Counted from the stretch's first letter, positions 46,742-54,829 are shown. The stretch: DNA of 64,000 nt from an uncultured Candidatus Saccharibacteria bacterium (GCA_964639295.1 CAZXDT010000003.1:1304-65303), one strand, 5' to 3'. Made by a program: numbers and translations. The notes: generated by a model from the letters alone, not told the origin.

Positions 46742-46861
46742 CTACTTATTCCTACGGTGTAATTGGCCAACTAACATTGGTTTATTAGTTGTTTTGTTTT
46801 GAGATTTAGCCCGCATCTGCAACATTTGCTGCTTTTGAGAAAAAGAAATTAAGTCTTTCAT
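46742..46861 (-). CDS. Possible small basic protein (39 aa)
   Basis: ATG preceded by AAGGAGGG. Sequence MKDLISFSQKQQMLQMRAKSQNKTTNKPMLVGQLHRRNK. Not in the ORF track because it is under 60 aa. Confidence 0.3.
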   Translation of the reverse strand: MKDLISFSQKQQMLQMRAKSQNKTTNKPMLVGQLHRRNK

Positions 46862-46966
46862 AACCTACCCTCCTTGTACTTACCATTATACGCTCGCTTA
46901 CAAGAAGGTGCTTGTGTCTGTATACCTCTGGTTACGGCGCAGTTACTCGGAAATACAAAGCAAGCT

Positions 46967-46995
46967 TTGAATTTCCTCCGTACTGCTTGTATAGT
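46967..46995 (+). promoter_or_regulatory. Sigma70-like promoter, leaderless layout
   Basis: TTGAAT-17-TATAGT, then 6 nt, then ATG 47002. Confidence 0.6.
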
Positions 46996-47001
46996 TAAGT
47001 C

Positions 47002-47373
47002 ATGTCGACCAAGATTGCGATTATCGAAGACGATCAGGCTATCAGCCAGATGTATCGTATTAAGTTTGAGGCAGAGGGCTACGAAGTCGAAACTGCCGAG
47101 AACGGTAAGCTTGGTCTTGAGCTGGCCGATAAAATGCGACCAGACATTATTCTCTTGGATCTCATGATGCCAGAAATGAACGGAGATGAAGCCCTACAAA
47201 AGCTCCGTGCCACGGAGTGGGGCAAAGACATCAAAGTAATCATCCTAACCAACATGGGTGAGCAAGAAGCGCCGGCAGTTCTAAAGACATTGAACGTACG
47301 GCGCTTTATTGTAAAGGCAGAAATGACCCCACGCCAAGTAGCCGAAATGGTGAAGCAAGAACTGAGTTCTTGA
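47002..47373 (+). CDS. Stand-alone response regulator receiver domain (CheY-like)
   Basis: DD..D..T..K receiver pattern (IIEDD, ILLDLMMP, LTN, K); 123 aa. Confidence 0.9.
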   Translation: MSTKIAIIEDDQAISQMYRIKFEAEGYEVETAENGKLGLELADKMRPDIILLDLMMPEMNGDEALQKLRATEWGKDIKVIILTNMGEQEAPAVLKTLNVRRFIVKAEMTPRQVAEMVKQELSS

Positions 47374-47407
47374 TAGTTTATAGATAATCCTTGATACAAT
47401 ATCTGTA

Positions 47408-48709
47408 ATGAAAGTAGCGATTGTCGGATATGACATTGAAGGCAAGGTGTCATATGAACACTTCCTGTCTCGTAACGACGAGATAACTATTTGTGATCAG
47501 AATCCTGATCTTGTAGTACCGGATGGGGTAGACTCACAACTTGGCGAAACATATCTAGATAATCTTGACCGATTCGATGTCATAGTACGTACCGCTGGGC
47601 TATATCCTGGCAAGATTCTGGCAAAGAACCCTACCGTGGCAGACAAAATAACCTCGCAGACCAACATATTCTTTAAGCACTCACCCACCAAGAACATCAT
47701 TGGCGTAACAGGAACCAAGGGAAAGGGAACCACCAGTTCCCTGATAACCGCAATGCTCGAAAAGTCCGGTAAGCACGTACTTCTTGGTGGAAATATTGGT
47801 GTACCACCCCTTACTTTCCTTGACGAGCTAACTTCAGATTCTTGGGTAGTTTTAGAATTATCTAGCTTCCAGCTTATTGACCTACGCCACTCCCCGCATA
47901 TTGCTGTTTGCTTGATGGTAGAGTCAGAACATATGGACTGGCACGAGGACATGGAAGAATACATCGCCGCCAAGCAACAACTGTTCATCAACCAAAATAG
48001 CGACGATGTCGCAATTTACTATGCCAAGAACGAGATATCGGAAAGCATTGCTGATGCATCCGAAGGTGTGCAAATACCATATTACGAGATCCCCGGAGCA
48101 ATTATCAAAGGTGACTCTGTCATTATGCACAATCAAGAGCTCTGTAAAACCAGCGAGCTCAAGCTACTAGGTAAGCATAACTGGCAGAATGTCTGTGCAG
48201 CAATTACTGCGGTTTGGCAGATTACCCAGGATGTTGAAGCAATTAAACAGACTCTAGTTAACTTCTCTGGCCTGCCTTTCCGTATTGAGTTCCGTCGTGA
48301 AGTTAATGGAGTGCGCTATTATAACGACTCATTCGCAAGCCAACCAAGCGCAACGATTGCTGCCGTGAGTGCTATACCAGGGAAAAAGGTAATCATCATT
48401 GGTGGTCATGAACGAGGCCTTGACCTGAGCGAATTTTGTAAATCGTTACAGTCACAGAAGTCTGAAATCAGAAAACTTGTTGTTATCGGCGCATCCGGTG
48501 ATCGTGTTGTTCAGAACCTCAAACGGTTCAATGTTAGTAACTTTGTACGCTCCAGCGCCAGTAACATGGAAGAGATCGTTCAGGCAGCAACCTCAGAAGC
48601 ACAAACGGGTGATGCAGTAATACTCTCACCTGGTTTTGCGAGCTATGATATGTTTAAAAACTTCGAAGATCGTGGAAATCAGTTTAACCAAATAGTAGAC
48701 GCATTATGA
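47408..48709 (+). CDS. murD: Mur ligase, MurD family (UDP-MurNAc-L-Ala:Glu ligase)
   Basis: GVTGTKGKGTT P-loop; Mur ligase middle and C-terminal domain patterns. Confidence 0.9.
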   Translation: MKVAIVGYDIEGKVSYEHFLSRNDEITICDQNPDLVVPDGVDSQLGETYLDNLDRFDVIVRTAGLYPGKILAKNPTVADKITSQTNIFFKHSPTKNIIGVTGTKGKGTTSSLITAMLEKSGKHVLLGGNIGVPPLTFLDELTSDSWVVLELSSFQLIDLRHSPHIAVCLMVESEHMDWHEDMEEYIAAKQQLFINQNSDDVAIYYAKNEISESIADASEGVQIPYYEIPGAIIKGDSVIMHNQELCKTSELKLLGKHNWQNVCAAITAVWQITQDVEAIKQTLVNFSGLPFRIEFRREVNGVRYYNDSFASQPSATIAAVSAIPGKKVIIIGGHERGLDLSEFCKSLQSQKSEIRKLVVIGASGDRVVQNLKRFNVSNFVRSSASNMEEIVQAATSEAQTGDAVILSPGFASYDMFKNFEDRGNQFNQIVDAL

Positions 48710-49998
48710 GCAAATACCAATCATTCGTATTTAAGTCATACGCTTTTGACCCCAATTCTAAAGTGCTGAGCCTCCAGTATGGATATGATGACTCGTTACT
48801 ATTTACAGAAACATTCAAATTTGACTTTGATTTTGTAGACTATGACCCAGCTGTGCTTGATAGAGCGTGCCAACTCCTCTTCTTTATAGCAGGTGTCTCC
48901 TACTACAAAGCTTATGTAGCGCCAAAAATCCGTATAGAAGCGGGCGAGCTTGACGAACAAACGGCAACTTTCTTACGTAAGACATACCAGAAGGGGCTTG
49001 GTGAGTTCTTCTACGTCAATCAGTTAGATCCTAGTACTTCGATTCCCTTCCAAGCCACCACGAGTAAAACACTTAACATGTTAAGTGTTAATGGAGCAGG
49101 GCAGTTGGTGGGATTGGGTGGCGGTAAAGATTCACTTGTGAGCATTGAACTACTTCGTGGACAGACGAACCTTGCGACCTGGAGCGTTGGCCATAAGTCA
49201 CAACTGACCCCCTTGGTTAAACGGATTGGTTTACCCCACTTTTGGGTTGAACGAACCTGGGGCAGGCAATTACTAGCACTCAGTGAACAAGATGCTCTTA
49301 ACGGGCACGTCCCCATCTCCGCCATATTTGCCTGTGTCGGTTCAGTTGTAGCAATACTCTCTGGCAAGCGAGATGTCGTGGTATCTAACGAACAGTCAGC
49401 AAATGAGCCCACGCTTGAATACAATGGAGTACCTATCAACCATCAATATTCCAAATCACAGGAATTTGAAATAGATTTTCAAGCGATACTGCAACATTAT
49501 TTCGGGGATACTTTACGTTACTATTCCCTGCTTCGTTCATATAGTGAACTGTACATTAGCGAATTATTCTCGAAAGTAGGATTCGAAAAGTACAAAGATG
49601 TCTTCAGCTCCTGTAACCGTGCATTCATACACACCAGCGATCATATGTCCTGGTGTGGTGAATGTCCTAAGTGTGCCTTCGTATTTCTTGCTTTAACACC
49701 ATTTATTGAACGATCCGAGCTAGAAAACCTCTGGGGTAAAAATCTTTTACTCGACCCTTCACTTGAGCCCACTTACCGACAACTGCTTGGTATCGAAGGT
49801 GACAAGCCGCTAGACTGTGTCGGCGAAGTCAAAGAGTCTCGTTCTGCCATGCAACTAGCTTTCGGAACCTACCCAGAGCTTAAGAACAAGTTTACTTTTG
49901 AGATTCCAAGTGACTATAACTGGCAAACTCCTGGGCCAAACGAGCTACCTGCAGAGATCTATGATATTTTGCAAACATCACTGCAAAATCAGCAGTAA
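48706..49998 (+). CDS. MurL-like protein (candidate UDP-MurNAc-L-Ala-L-Glu epimerase)
   Basis: 4-nt overlap with murD. PP-loop-like GLGGGKDS. C-terminal WCGECPKC. The assignment comes from my recollection of the MurD2/MurL gene pair and is not verified. Confidence 0.5.
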   Translation: MSKYQSFVFKSYAFDPNSKVLSLQYGYDDSLLFTETFKFDFDFVDYDPAVLDRACQLLFFIAGVSYYKAYVAPKIRIEAGELDEQTATFLRKTYQKGLGEFFYVNQLDPSTSIPFQATTSKTLNMLSVNGAGQLVGLGGGKDSLVSIELLRGQTNLATWSVGHKSQLTPLVKRIGLPHFWVERTWGRQLLALSEQDALNGHVPISAIFACVGSVVAILSGKRDVVVSNEQSANEPTLEYNGVPINHQYSKSQEFEIDFQAILQHYFGDTLRYYSLLRSYSELYISELFSKVGFEKYKDVFSSCNRAFIHTSDHMSWCGECPKCAFVFLALTPFIERSELENLWGKNLLLDPSLEPTYRQLLGIEGDKPLDCVGEVKESRSAMQLAFGTYPELKNKFTFEIPSDYNWQTPGPNELPAEIYDILQTSLQNQQ

Positions 49999-50506
49999 GT
50001 ACGTATACGGGGTACAAAAGAAGCTCAAAATTTAGCTTGCCGACTGATAACATTGCCAGAACTGCACTTACCGCGTACAAGAGCCAAGGTAAGGCCGTTT
50101 CTGAACGAGGGTGAGAGTATGTCTTAATGACCGTAGCGGTTACTCCAATTGCACGAACAATTACAACCATGACGAGCGAAAATAGTGCGTTATCTGTCAC
50201 GAGCCATGTAATGATTCCCGTCAACGCTAACAGGATAAGGAGAGAGTCGTTACGACTAAAACCGCCCTCGCCATACTTGAGTGAGAGCAGAGCAACTATT
50301 GCCACTCCCACGGTCTGAAGTCCCACAAACCATAATGAATCATGCGCCCCAATTGCTGCTTGGCTCAAAAATGCTACCGAACCCATAAGAAGCCAGATAA
50401 ACCAGGTTGCTCTTTCTGGTGATGATCTTTTCTGAAGAACGGCTGCAATATATACACCAGTTCCAGCTAAGTTTACGAGCCCACTGATAATACCTAGGCT
50501 AAGCAT
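49892..50506 (-). CDS. Polytopic membrane protein, unknown function
   Basis: Six hydrophobic segments. Its 3' end overlaps the convergent gene by 107 nt. Confidence 0.65.
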   Translation of the reverse strand: MLSLGIISGLVNLAGTGVYIAAVLQKRSSPERATWFIWLLMGSVAFLSQAAIGAHDSLWFVGLQTVGVAIVALLSLKYGEGGFSRNDSLLILLALTGIITWLVTDNALFSLVMVVIVRAIGVTATVIKTYSHPRSETALPWLLYAVSAVLAMLSVGKLNFELLLYPVYVLTADFAVMFAKYHRSLQVARLAQEFASYSHLESQK

Positions 50507-51323
50507 CGCTTTTTATTGTATTATTTGCCGCACGGATGACGTTGTCGAACAGGGCACAGACGGTGAGGGGACCTACCCCGCCCTTCTCTGGCGTAATAGT
50601 TATATCAGGTAATTCACGCACGTCTTGGGCAACATCGCCAATAAGCCCGTTGCTGTCTGTAGCGACACCAGCGTCGACAATTACCGCATTAGACTTGATC
50701 ATATCTGCTTTTACAAGGCCTGGCACTCCTGTTGCGCAGACTAAAACATCTGCATCTTTGGTTACTTCCGCAAGGTTTGGAACCGACTTATCAATAACTG
50801 TTACCTCGAGGTTTGATTCGCCCCATAATTTGGTAAGTGGCTTCCCTACTAACCGACCATTTCCAACAATCGTCAGTACTTTACCTCGTAGATCCACATT
50901 AAAACCGGCCAATAACCAAGTAATAGCTAGTGGAGTTGGGGCATCAAACGTAGTGTTTTCCCCTAGCCCGTCGACATCTTTTTCTGCTGCGACAGCATTT
51001 AGTATCTCTGTTGTTTGAGTGGGGTCAGGAACTGGAATCTGCACAATAATACCGTGAACTGACGGGTCTTTGTTAAGTTCCGCAATACGACCCAGTGCCT
51101 CTGACTGCTCAATTGTGTGTACATCAACATCAACATCGACTTCTTTGCCGTAGCTCTGCTTGATCTTCATGTAGCTATCAACTACTGGGTCTGGGTTGGT
51201 ACGAATAATTGCTAGTTTGGGTGCGATGCCGCGTCCTTGACGCAATGCGCGCACCTGCCCAACCTGCCGTTGCTGTATGTAGCCGGCTAATTCTTTACCA
51301 TTGAGTAACTTCATTGGCACCAT
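50499..51323 (-). CDS. folD: Methylenetetrahydrofolate dehydrogenase/cyclohydrolase
   Basis: FolD pattern (YMKIKQ, VQIPVP, GVGPLT). Confidence 0.9.
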   Translation of the reverse strand: MVPMKLLNGKELAGYIQQRQVGQVRALRQGRGIAPKLAIIRTNPDPVVDSYMKIKQSYGKEVDVDVDVHTIEQSEALGRIAELNKDPSVHGIIVQIPVPDPTQTTEILNAVAAEKDVDGLGENTTFDAPTPLAITWLLAGFNVDLRGKVLTIVGNGRLVGKPLTKLWGESNLEVTVIDKSVPNLAEVTKDADVLVCATGVPGLVKADMIKSNAVIVDAGVATDSNGLIGDVAQDVRELPDITITPEKGGVGPLTVCALFDNVIRAANNTIKSDA

Positions 51324-51419
51324 TGTACGCCATAAGGTGTTGCAAGAACAGAGGTAAACTGATACAATCGTCTGGTCTTTTGGGTGTATTACTCAAAAAT
51401 GCACCACATAGTTCAATAA

Positions 51420-51496
51420 GGGCCAGTAGCTCAGCTGGTTAGAGCACCTGCCTCTTAAGCAGGGTGTCGAGGGTTCGAGTCCCTCCTGGCCCTCCA
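51420..51496 (+). tRNA. tRNA-Lys(CUU), CCA encoded
   Basis: Manual cloverleaf: GGGCCAG acceptor stem, anticodon loop CTCTTAA, T-arm GAGGGTTCGAGTCCCTC. Confidence 0.95.
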
Positions 51497-51500
51497 TAAT

Positions 51501-51529
51501 AAAACACCCTCCTCGCCGAGGGTGTTTTA
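51501..51529 (+). terminator. tRNA-Lys terminator (T1)
   Basis: ACACCCT-cctcgccg-AGGGTGT followed by TTTT. Confidence 0.8.
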
Positions 51530-51544
51530 TTATGCTGAGCTATG

Positions 51545-51688
51545 TGGACTCGAATTCTCGACACGCCAAAGGGTGTCGAGGTGAGAACTGCCTGTGGCAG
51601 TTCGCAAGGGAGCCAACTCTTGCAAACTGGTTTGCAAAGATGTTGCGACGGGTCGGCTGAAAGTCGGTCGAGTCCCTCCTGGCCCTCC
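51545..51688 (+). other. E2: tRNA-Lys 3'-half-derived composite module with an 86-nt structured insert
   Basis: Four parts: an inverted partial copy at 51545-51563; a direct 12-nt copy at 51569-51580; the insert at 51581-51666; and an exact 22-nt tRNA 3' end including CCA at 51667-51688. Confidence 0.7.
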
Positions 51689-51852
51689 AGATGGCTTGCG
51701 CAAACTCAATGTTCCTCCCGGCTCTCCAAGCATAAGCATCATAAAAGGCTTCTCGCTAGTAGGGGTAGCCGAGGGCTACAGAGTAATTTTACCGGGTTGT
51801 TCTAATACAACGCCCTTCATTAGAGAAGTCGAATCCTTGGTGTTTTTAACTA

Positions 51853-51881
51853 TTGACAATTTAACTTGCTTATGTTAATAT
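51853..51881 (+). promoter_or_regulatory. Sigma70-like promoter, leaderless layout
   Basis: TTGACA-17-TAATAT, then 6 nt, then ATG 51888. Confidence 0.65.
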
Positions 51882-51887
51882 GTTCTT

Positions 51888-52415
51888 ATGAATCAAGCAA
51901 ACTTTCCAGGCCCCAACCCTAGTGAACATCCAGAAGTTGCCGATAATCCAGAAGCTATGCAGCCCGCCACGGAAGCGAGCAAGCAAGCGTTGCTCGACCT
52001 GATAGCAACTAACCCAGCTGACGACCGAACGCTTGCCTTTGCGGAAGAAGCAAAAGGCAGAATACAAACTACAAACTTTCCAGAAGATGTTTTTCCCCGT
52101 CTAGCCAGTATTCGTCGTGTTGAATGGCCAGATAATACATATGGGAAACAGCTCGTAACTAACTATTCTATTGTTGCATCTCCGGATGGTCCGCAAATAG
52201 AAAAACACGTGCACACATTTGACCCAAGCACAGAACTGGCAAATATTGATACAAACGCTAATGATGGTTCCTCACTCCTTACTAGTGCTCTGATAAGGAT
52301 GAGAGCACAGCGAGCATCAAGTACCGATGAAGATGAATTAGGTTTAAGTTTTGTTTCTGAAGCAGAGACAAAAGCCCTGATAGCCTTACTTGAAGAAGCA
52401 CACCCTCTTAGCTAA
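51888..52415 (+). CDS. Hypothetical acidic protein (175 aa)
   Basis: ORF directly downstream of the leaderless-type promoter. No motif recognised. Confidence 0.7.
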   Translation: MNQANFPGPNPSEHPEVADNPEAMQPATEASKQALLDLIATNPADDRTLAFAEEAKGRIQTTNFPEDVFPRLASIRRVEWPDNTYGKQLVTNYSIVASPDGPQIEKHVHTFDPSTELANIDTNANDGSSLLTSALIRMRAQRASSTDEDELGLSFVSEAETKALIALLEEAHPLS

Positions 52416-52536
52416 ATTGTACGAACCGGTTTTATATACTCTATTTTAAATCAGTAGTGGGGGAAATTTAACGTATTAGCTAGTATATGTAATCTCGTAT
52501 AGGTGCGCATATTTGCTGCTTACTGTTTAGAAGTGA

Positions 52537-52565
52537 GTCGAAGTCTCCGGGCTTCGACTTTTTTA
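52537..52565 (+). terminator. Rho-independent terminator
   Basis: GTCGAAG-tctccggg-CTTCGAC followed by T7. Confidence 0.7.
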
Positions 52566-52754
52566 ATTTTCTTAGAACATTCGGAATTTCTATATGTTCA
52601 GGATACGCATCTATCATATAACTCGCTGTATCACCACGGTCTATTACTGCGGACCCGAAGTTGTTTATGGATGGTTGACAAGAAATTTAAATAGGAATAC
52701 CATCAAAAAAAAGAAAAGTACATATATTAATCAATTACTATAAGGAGATTACAA

Positions 52755-52895
52755 ATGTCAGTAATCACTATGGATCGCAGAATAGCAACAATTGTAGTGG
52801 TCAGTGGACTAGTAGTTGTCGCTACTATCGTCTTCGGGCTCAGTAATAGTATGAGCCAGCTCACTCAGGCAGCCACATTTATGACAGGGCACTAG
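52755..52895 (+). CDS. Possible small membrane protein (46 aa)
   Basis: AAGGAG RBS 7 nt upstream. Sequence MSVITMDRRIATIVVVSGLVVVATIVFGLSNSMSQLTQAATFMTGH. Below the ORF-track cutoff. Confidence 0.45.
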   Translation: MSVITMDRRIATIVVVSGLVVVATIVFGLSNSMSQLTQAATFMTGH

Positions 52896-52927
52896 AATTG
52901 TTCATAGGAGTTAGCAGCTAGGCCAGC

Positions 52928-52963
52928 GTGTCGACTGGATACGTGTGCTAGCTGAGCGCTCCA
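52928..52963 (+). repeat. Degenerate copy of the tRNA-Lys 3' part (GTGTCGA....CTGAGCGCTCCA)
   Basis: Shares GTGTCGA and the ..C.CTCCA tail with tRNA-Lys. It is directly followed by a copy of the tRNA terminator. Confidence 0.5.
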
Positions 52964-52965
52964 AA

Positions 52966-53000
52966 CAAAAACACCTACCTCGCCGTAGGTGTTTTTGTTT
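52966..53000 (+). terminator. Terminator T2, a paralog of the tRNA-Lys terminator T1
   Basis: AAAACACC-TA-CCTCGCCG-TA-GGTGTTTT versus T1 AAAACACC-CT-CCTCGCCG-AG-GGTGTTTT. All four differences are compensatory. Confidence 0.8.
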
Positions 53001-53014
53001 GCTATAGTCAGCCC
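53000..53014 (+). promoter_or_regulatory. Extended -10 promoter, leaderless layout
   Basis: TGcTATAGT, then 6 nt, then ATG 53015. Confidence 0.5.
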
Positions 53015-53575
53015 ATGCACATGCCTATTGTAGATTCAGCACTCTCTAGAGACGAAGCAACGAAGCAGAACCCAGAATCCCCCTGCCCCGAAGAGATACT
53101 CAATCAGATCGTCCTCATTACTGTCAATTACTACTCCTTCGACCGCAAAGTCCATACCGGGCAGGTAGTCATCCACAAAGATCTGGCAGATGATGTAAAA
53201 GGCGCTTTTAAACTACTTCTTGAAGATAAGTTCCCCATCCAATCAGTAATTCCCATCTCAGAAGATAGATTCATGTGGCAGGACGATATTTCAACAGTCG
53301 AAAACAACACTTCGGCATTCAATTACAGGCTTGTTAGGGATACGGACATAATGTCGAACCATGCCACCGGAAGAGCAATTGATATCAACCCAAAGCACAA
53401 TCCCTACTTCCCGGGAGAAAAAGTATATCCACCCCACGCCACATACGACCCACATGTGTCTGGCACAATCTTACCGGACAGTAAACTTGTTAAGTATTTC
53501 CAAGATCTGGGCTGGCGCTGGGGCGGTAACTGGGATGAAGACTCAGACTATCAACATTTTGAAAAGGTAGCATAA
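53015..53575 (+). CDS. M15-family (VanY / D-Ala-D-Ala carboxypeptidase-like) zinc peptidase
   Basis: SNHATGRAIDI (H-x6-D) and DYQHFE. Confidence 0.8.
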   Translation: MHMPIVDSALSRDEATKQNPESPCPEEILNQIVLITVNYYSFDRKVHTGQVVIHKDLADDVKGAFKLLLEDKFPIQSVIPISEDRFMWQDDISTVENNTSAFNYRLVRDTDIMSNHATGRAIDINPKHNPYFPGEKVYPPHATYDPHVSGTILPDSKLVKYFQDLGWRWGGNWDEDSDYQHFEKVA

Positions 53576-53578
53576 GCC

Positions 53579-54388
53579 ATGAACAAGTCTGAATTTCTTT
53601 CGCGTATTGAGCGTTGGCCACTAGGGCACCTATGGACCTTTGCGATTAAACAAGCCTGGGCTGCATTGTTCGGGGGGCTTATGCTGCTTGCAATTATTGT
53701 GACTAAATACATTGACCTGCCGCTTCTCGCTAGATACGACTGGCTGTTTGTCATGGCAATAGCTATTCAGGGACTTATGCTGCTGACCAAGCTTGAGAAA
53801 CCACATGAAGTGATAACTATTATTCTATTTCACTTGGTTGGGCTCGGTATGGAACTATTCAAAACATCTTCTCAAATCAACTCCTGGTCGTATCCGGGTG
53901 AGGCATTTTTCCATCTAGGAAATGTACCTCTGTTCTCTGGCTTTATGTACGCAGCAGTCGGTAGCTATATGGCTCGCGCATGGCGAGTACTTAATCTTGA
54001 ATTTAGCCACTACCCAAAGCGGGTATTAACTTGCCTACTTGGTACAGCAATTTATATCAACTTCTTTACTCACCACTATATCTTCGATGCCCGTTACATT
54101 TTATTCGTAGCTATGGTGCTGATATATGGACGAGTAACCGTCAGCTACAGAATAAACACAAAAACAAGGCATATGCCCCTGTTAGTTGGCTTTGCGCTGA
54201 TAGCACTGGTTATCTGGATTGCGGAGAATTTGGCAACTTACACACATGTATGGCTGTACCCAAATCAGCTCATTGCATGGCAGCCTGTCGGTCTTCATAA
54301 AGTCGGCTCATGGCTCCTGCTTATGGTGATCAGCTTTATTATGGTAGATATACTGTACTACATACGTAGCCGGACAGCAGCCAGGTAA
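53579..54388 (+). CDS. Polytopic membrane protein (possibly DUF817-like)
   Basis: About 8 hydrophobic segments. The family guess is from memory only. Confidence 0.7.
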   Translation: MNKSEFLSRIERWPLGHLWTFAIKQAWAALFGGLMLLAIIVTKYIDLPLLARYDWLFVMAIAIQGLMLLTKLEKPHEVITIILFHLVGLGMELFKTSSQINSWSYPGEAFFHLGNVPLFSGFMYAAVGSYMARAWRVLNLEFSHYPKRVLTCLLGTAIYINFFTHHYIFDARYILFVAMVLIYGRVTVSYRINTKTRHMPLLVGFALIALVIWIAENLATYTHVWLYPNQLIAWQPVGLHKVGSWLLLMVISFIMVDILYYIRSRTAAR

Positions 54389-54712
54389 TTACCTTTTCTT
54401 GTCAGCCTTGTCTAGTTTAAGGCCTACGACGACATAGTAAATCACCGCAGATACTGCTAGCAGAACGATAAGTGCTGATACTACCGCTCCCCACATGAAG
54501 TCAGCCGTGCGATCACCAACAGTTAGTGAAAAGTGTGCAGCCTGTAAGCCATCTTGATTCCCCACCAGAAGTCCAACTAGAGGGTTAATAAACCCATCAA
54601 CAACCGCCTTTACCGCGGCACCCACTTGTGTACCGATAGCCAAACCGACAGCTAGGCCTACAACACCATGCTCACGCACAAATCCCATAAAGTTCTTTAG
54701 TTGCTTCTTCAT
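54389..54712 (-). CDS. mscL: Large-conductance mechanosensitive channel
   Basis: FREFxxRGNVVDLAVGVIIG-like N-terminus (FMGFVREHGVVGLAVGLAIG). Start at ATG 54712 after AAGGAG. Confidence 0.9.
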   Translation of the reverse strand: MKKQLKNFMGFVREHGVVGLAVGLAIGTQVGAAVKAVVDGFINPLVGLLVGNQDGLQAAHFSLTVGDRTADFMWGAVVSALIVLLAVSAVIYYVVVGLKLDKADKKR

Positions 54713-54800
54713 GCCTACTCCTTTACTAATGAATATTCTCAATGTACGCTAGCTGTCCGCAAAACTCCAGAGGTAACACAAATACTATTACACAATACAC

Positions 54801-54829
54801 TTGACAAATATAAACATAAGTAGTATAGT
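54801..54829 (+). promoter_or_regulatory. Sigma70-like promoter, leaderless layout
   Basis: TTGACA-17-TATAGT, then 6 nt, then ATG 54836. Confidence 0.65.

Noticed and set aside
51760-51850. A possible type-II tRNA (GGGGTAGCCGAGGGCTAC D-arm-like hairpin; GTTGT..ACAAC stem with a TAA 'anticodon').
   Set aside because: The candidate anticodon loop has 6 nt and lacks U33. No T-arm or acceptor pairing could be drawn. Probably just hairpins upstream of the 51853 promoter.
51542-51878. ORFs 51542..51805 (+), 51594..51878 (+) and 51530..51742 (-) over the E2 module.
   Set aside because: They overlap one another and the tRNA-derived repeat. They have no RBS, and their composition is driven by the structured RNA-like sequence.
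52886-52963. A full-length (77-nt) tRNA-Lys pseudogene overlapping the end of the 46-aa ORF.
   Set aside because: Only the GTGTCGA...CTCCA tail and the following terminator resemble the tRNA. The 5' half gives a poor acceptor stem (4 of 7 pairs) and no D or anticodon arms.
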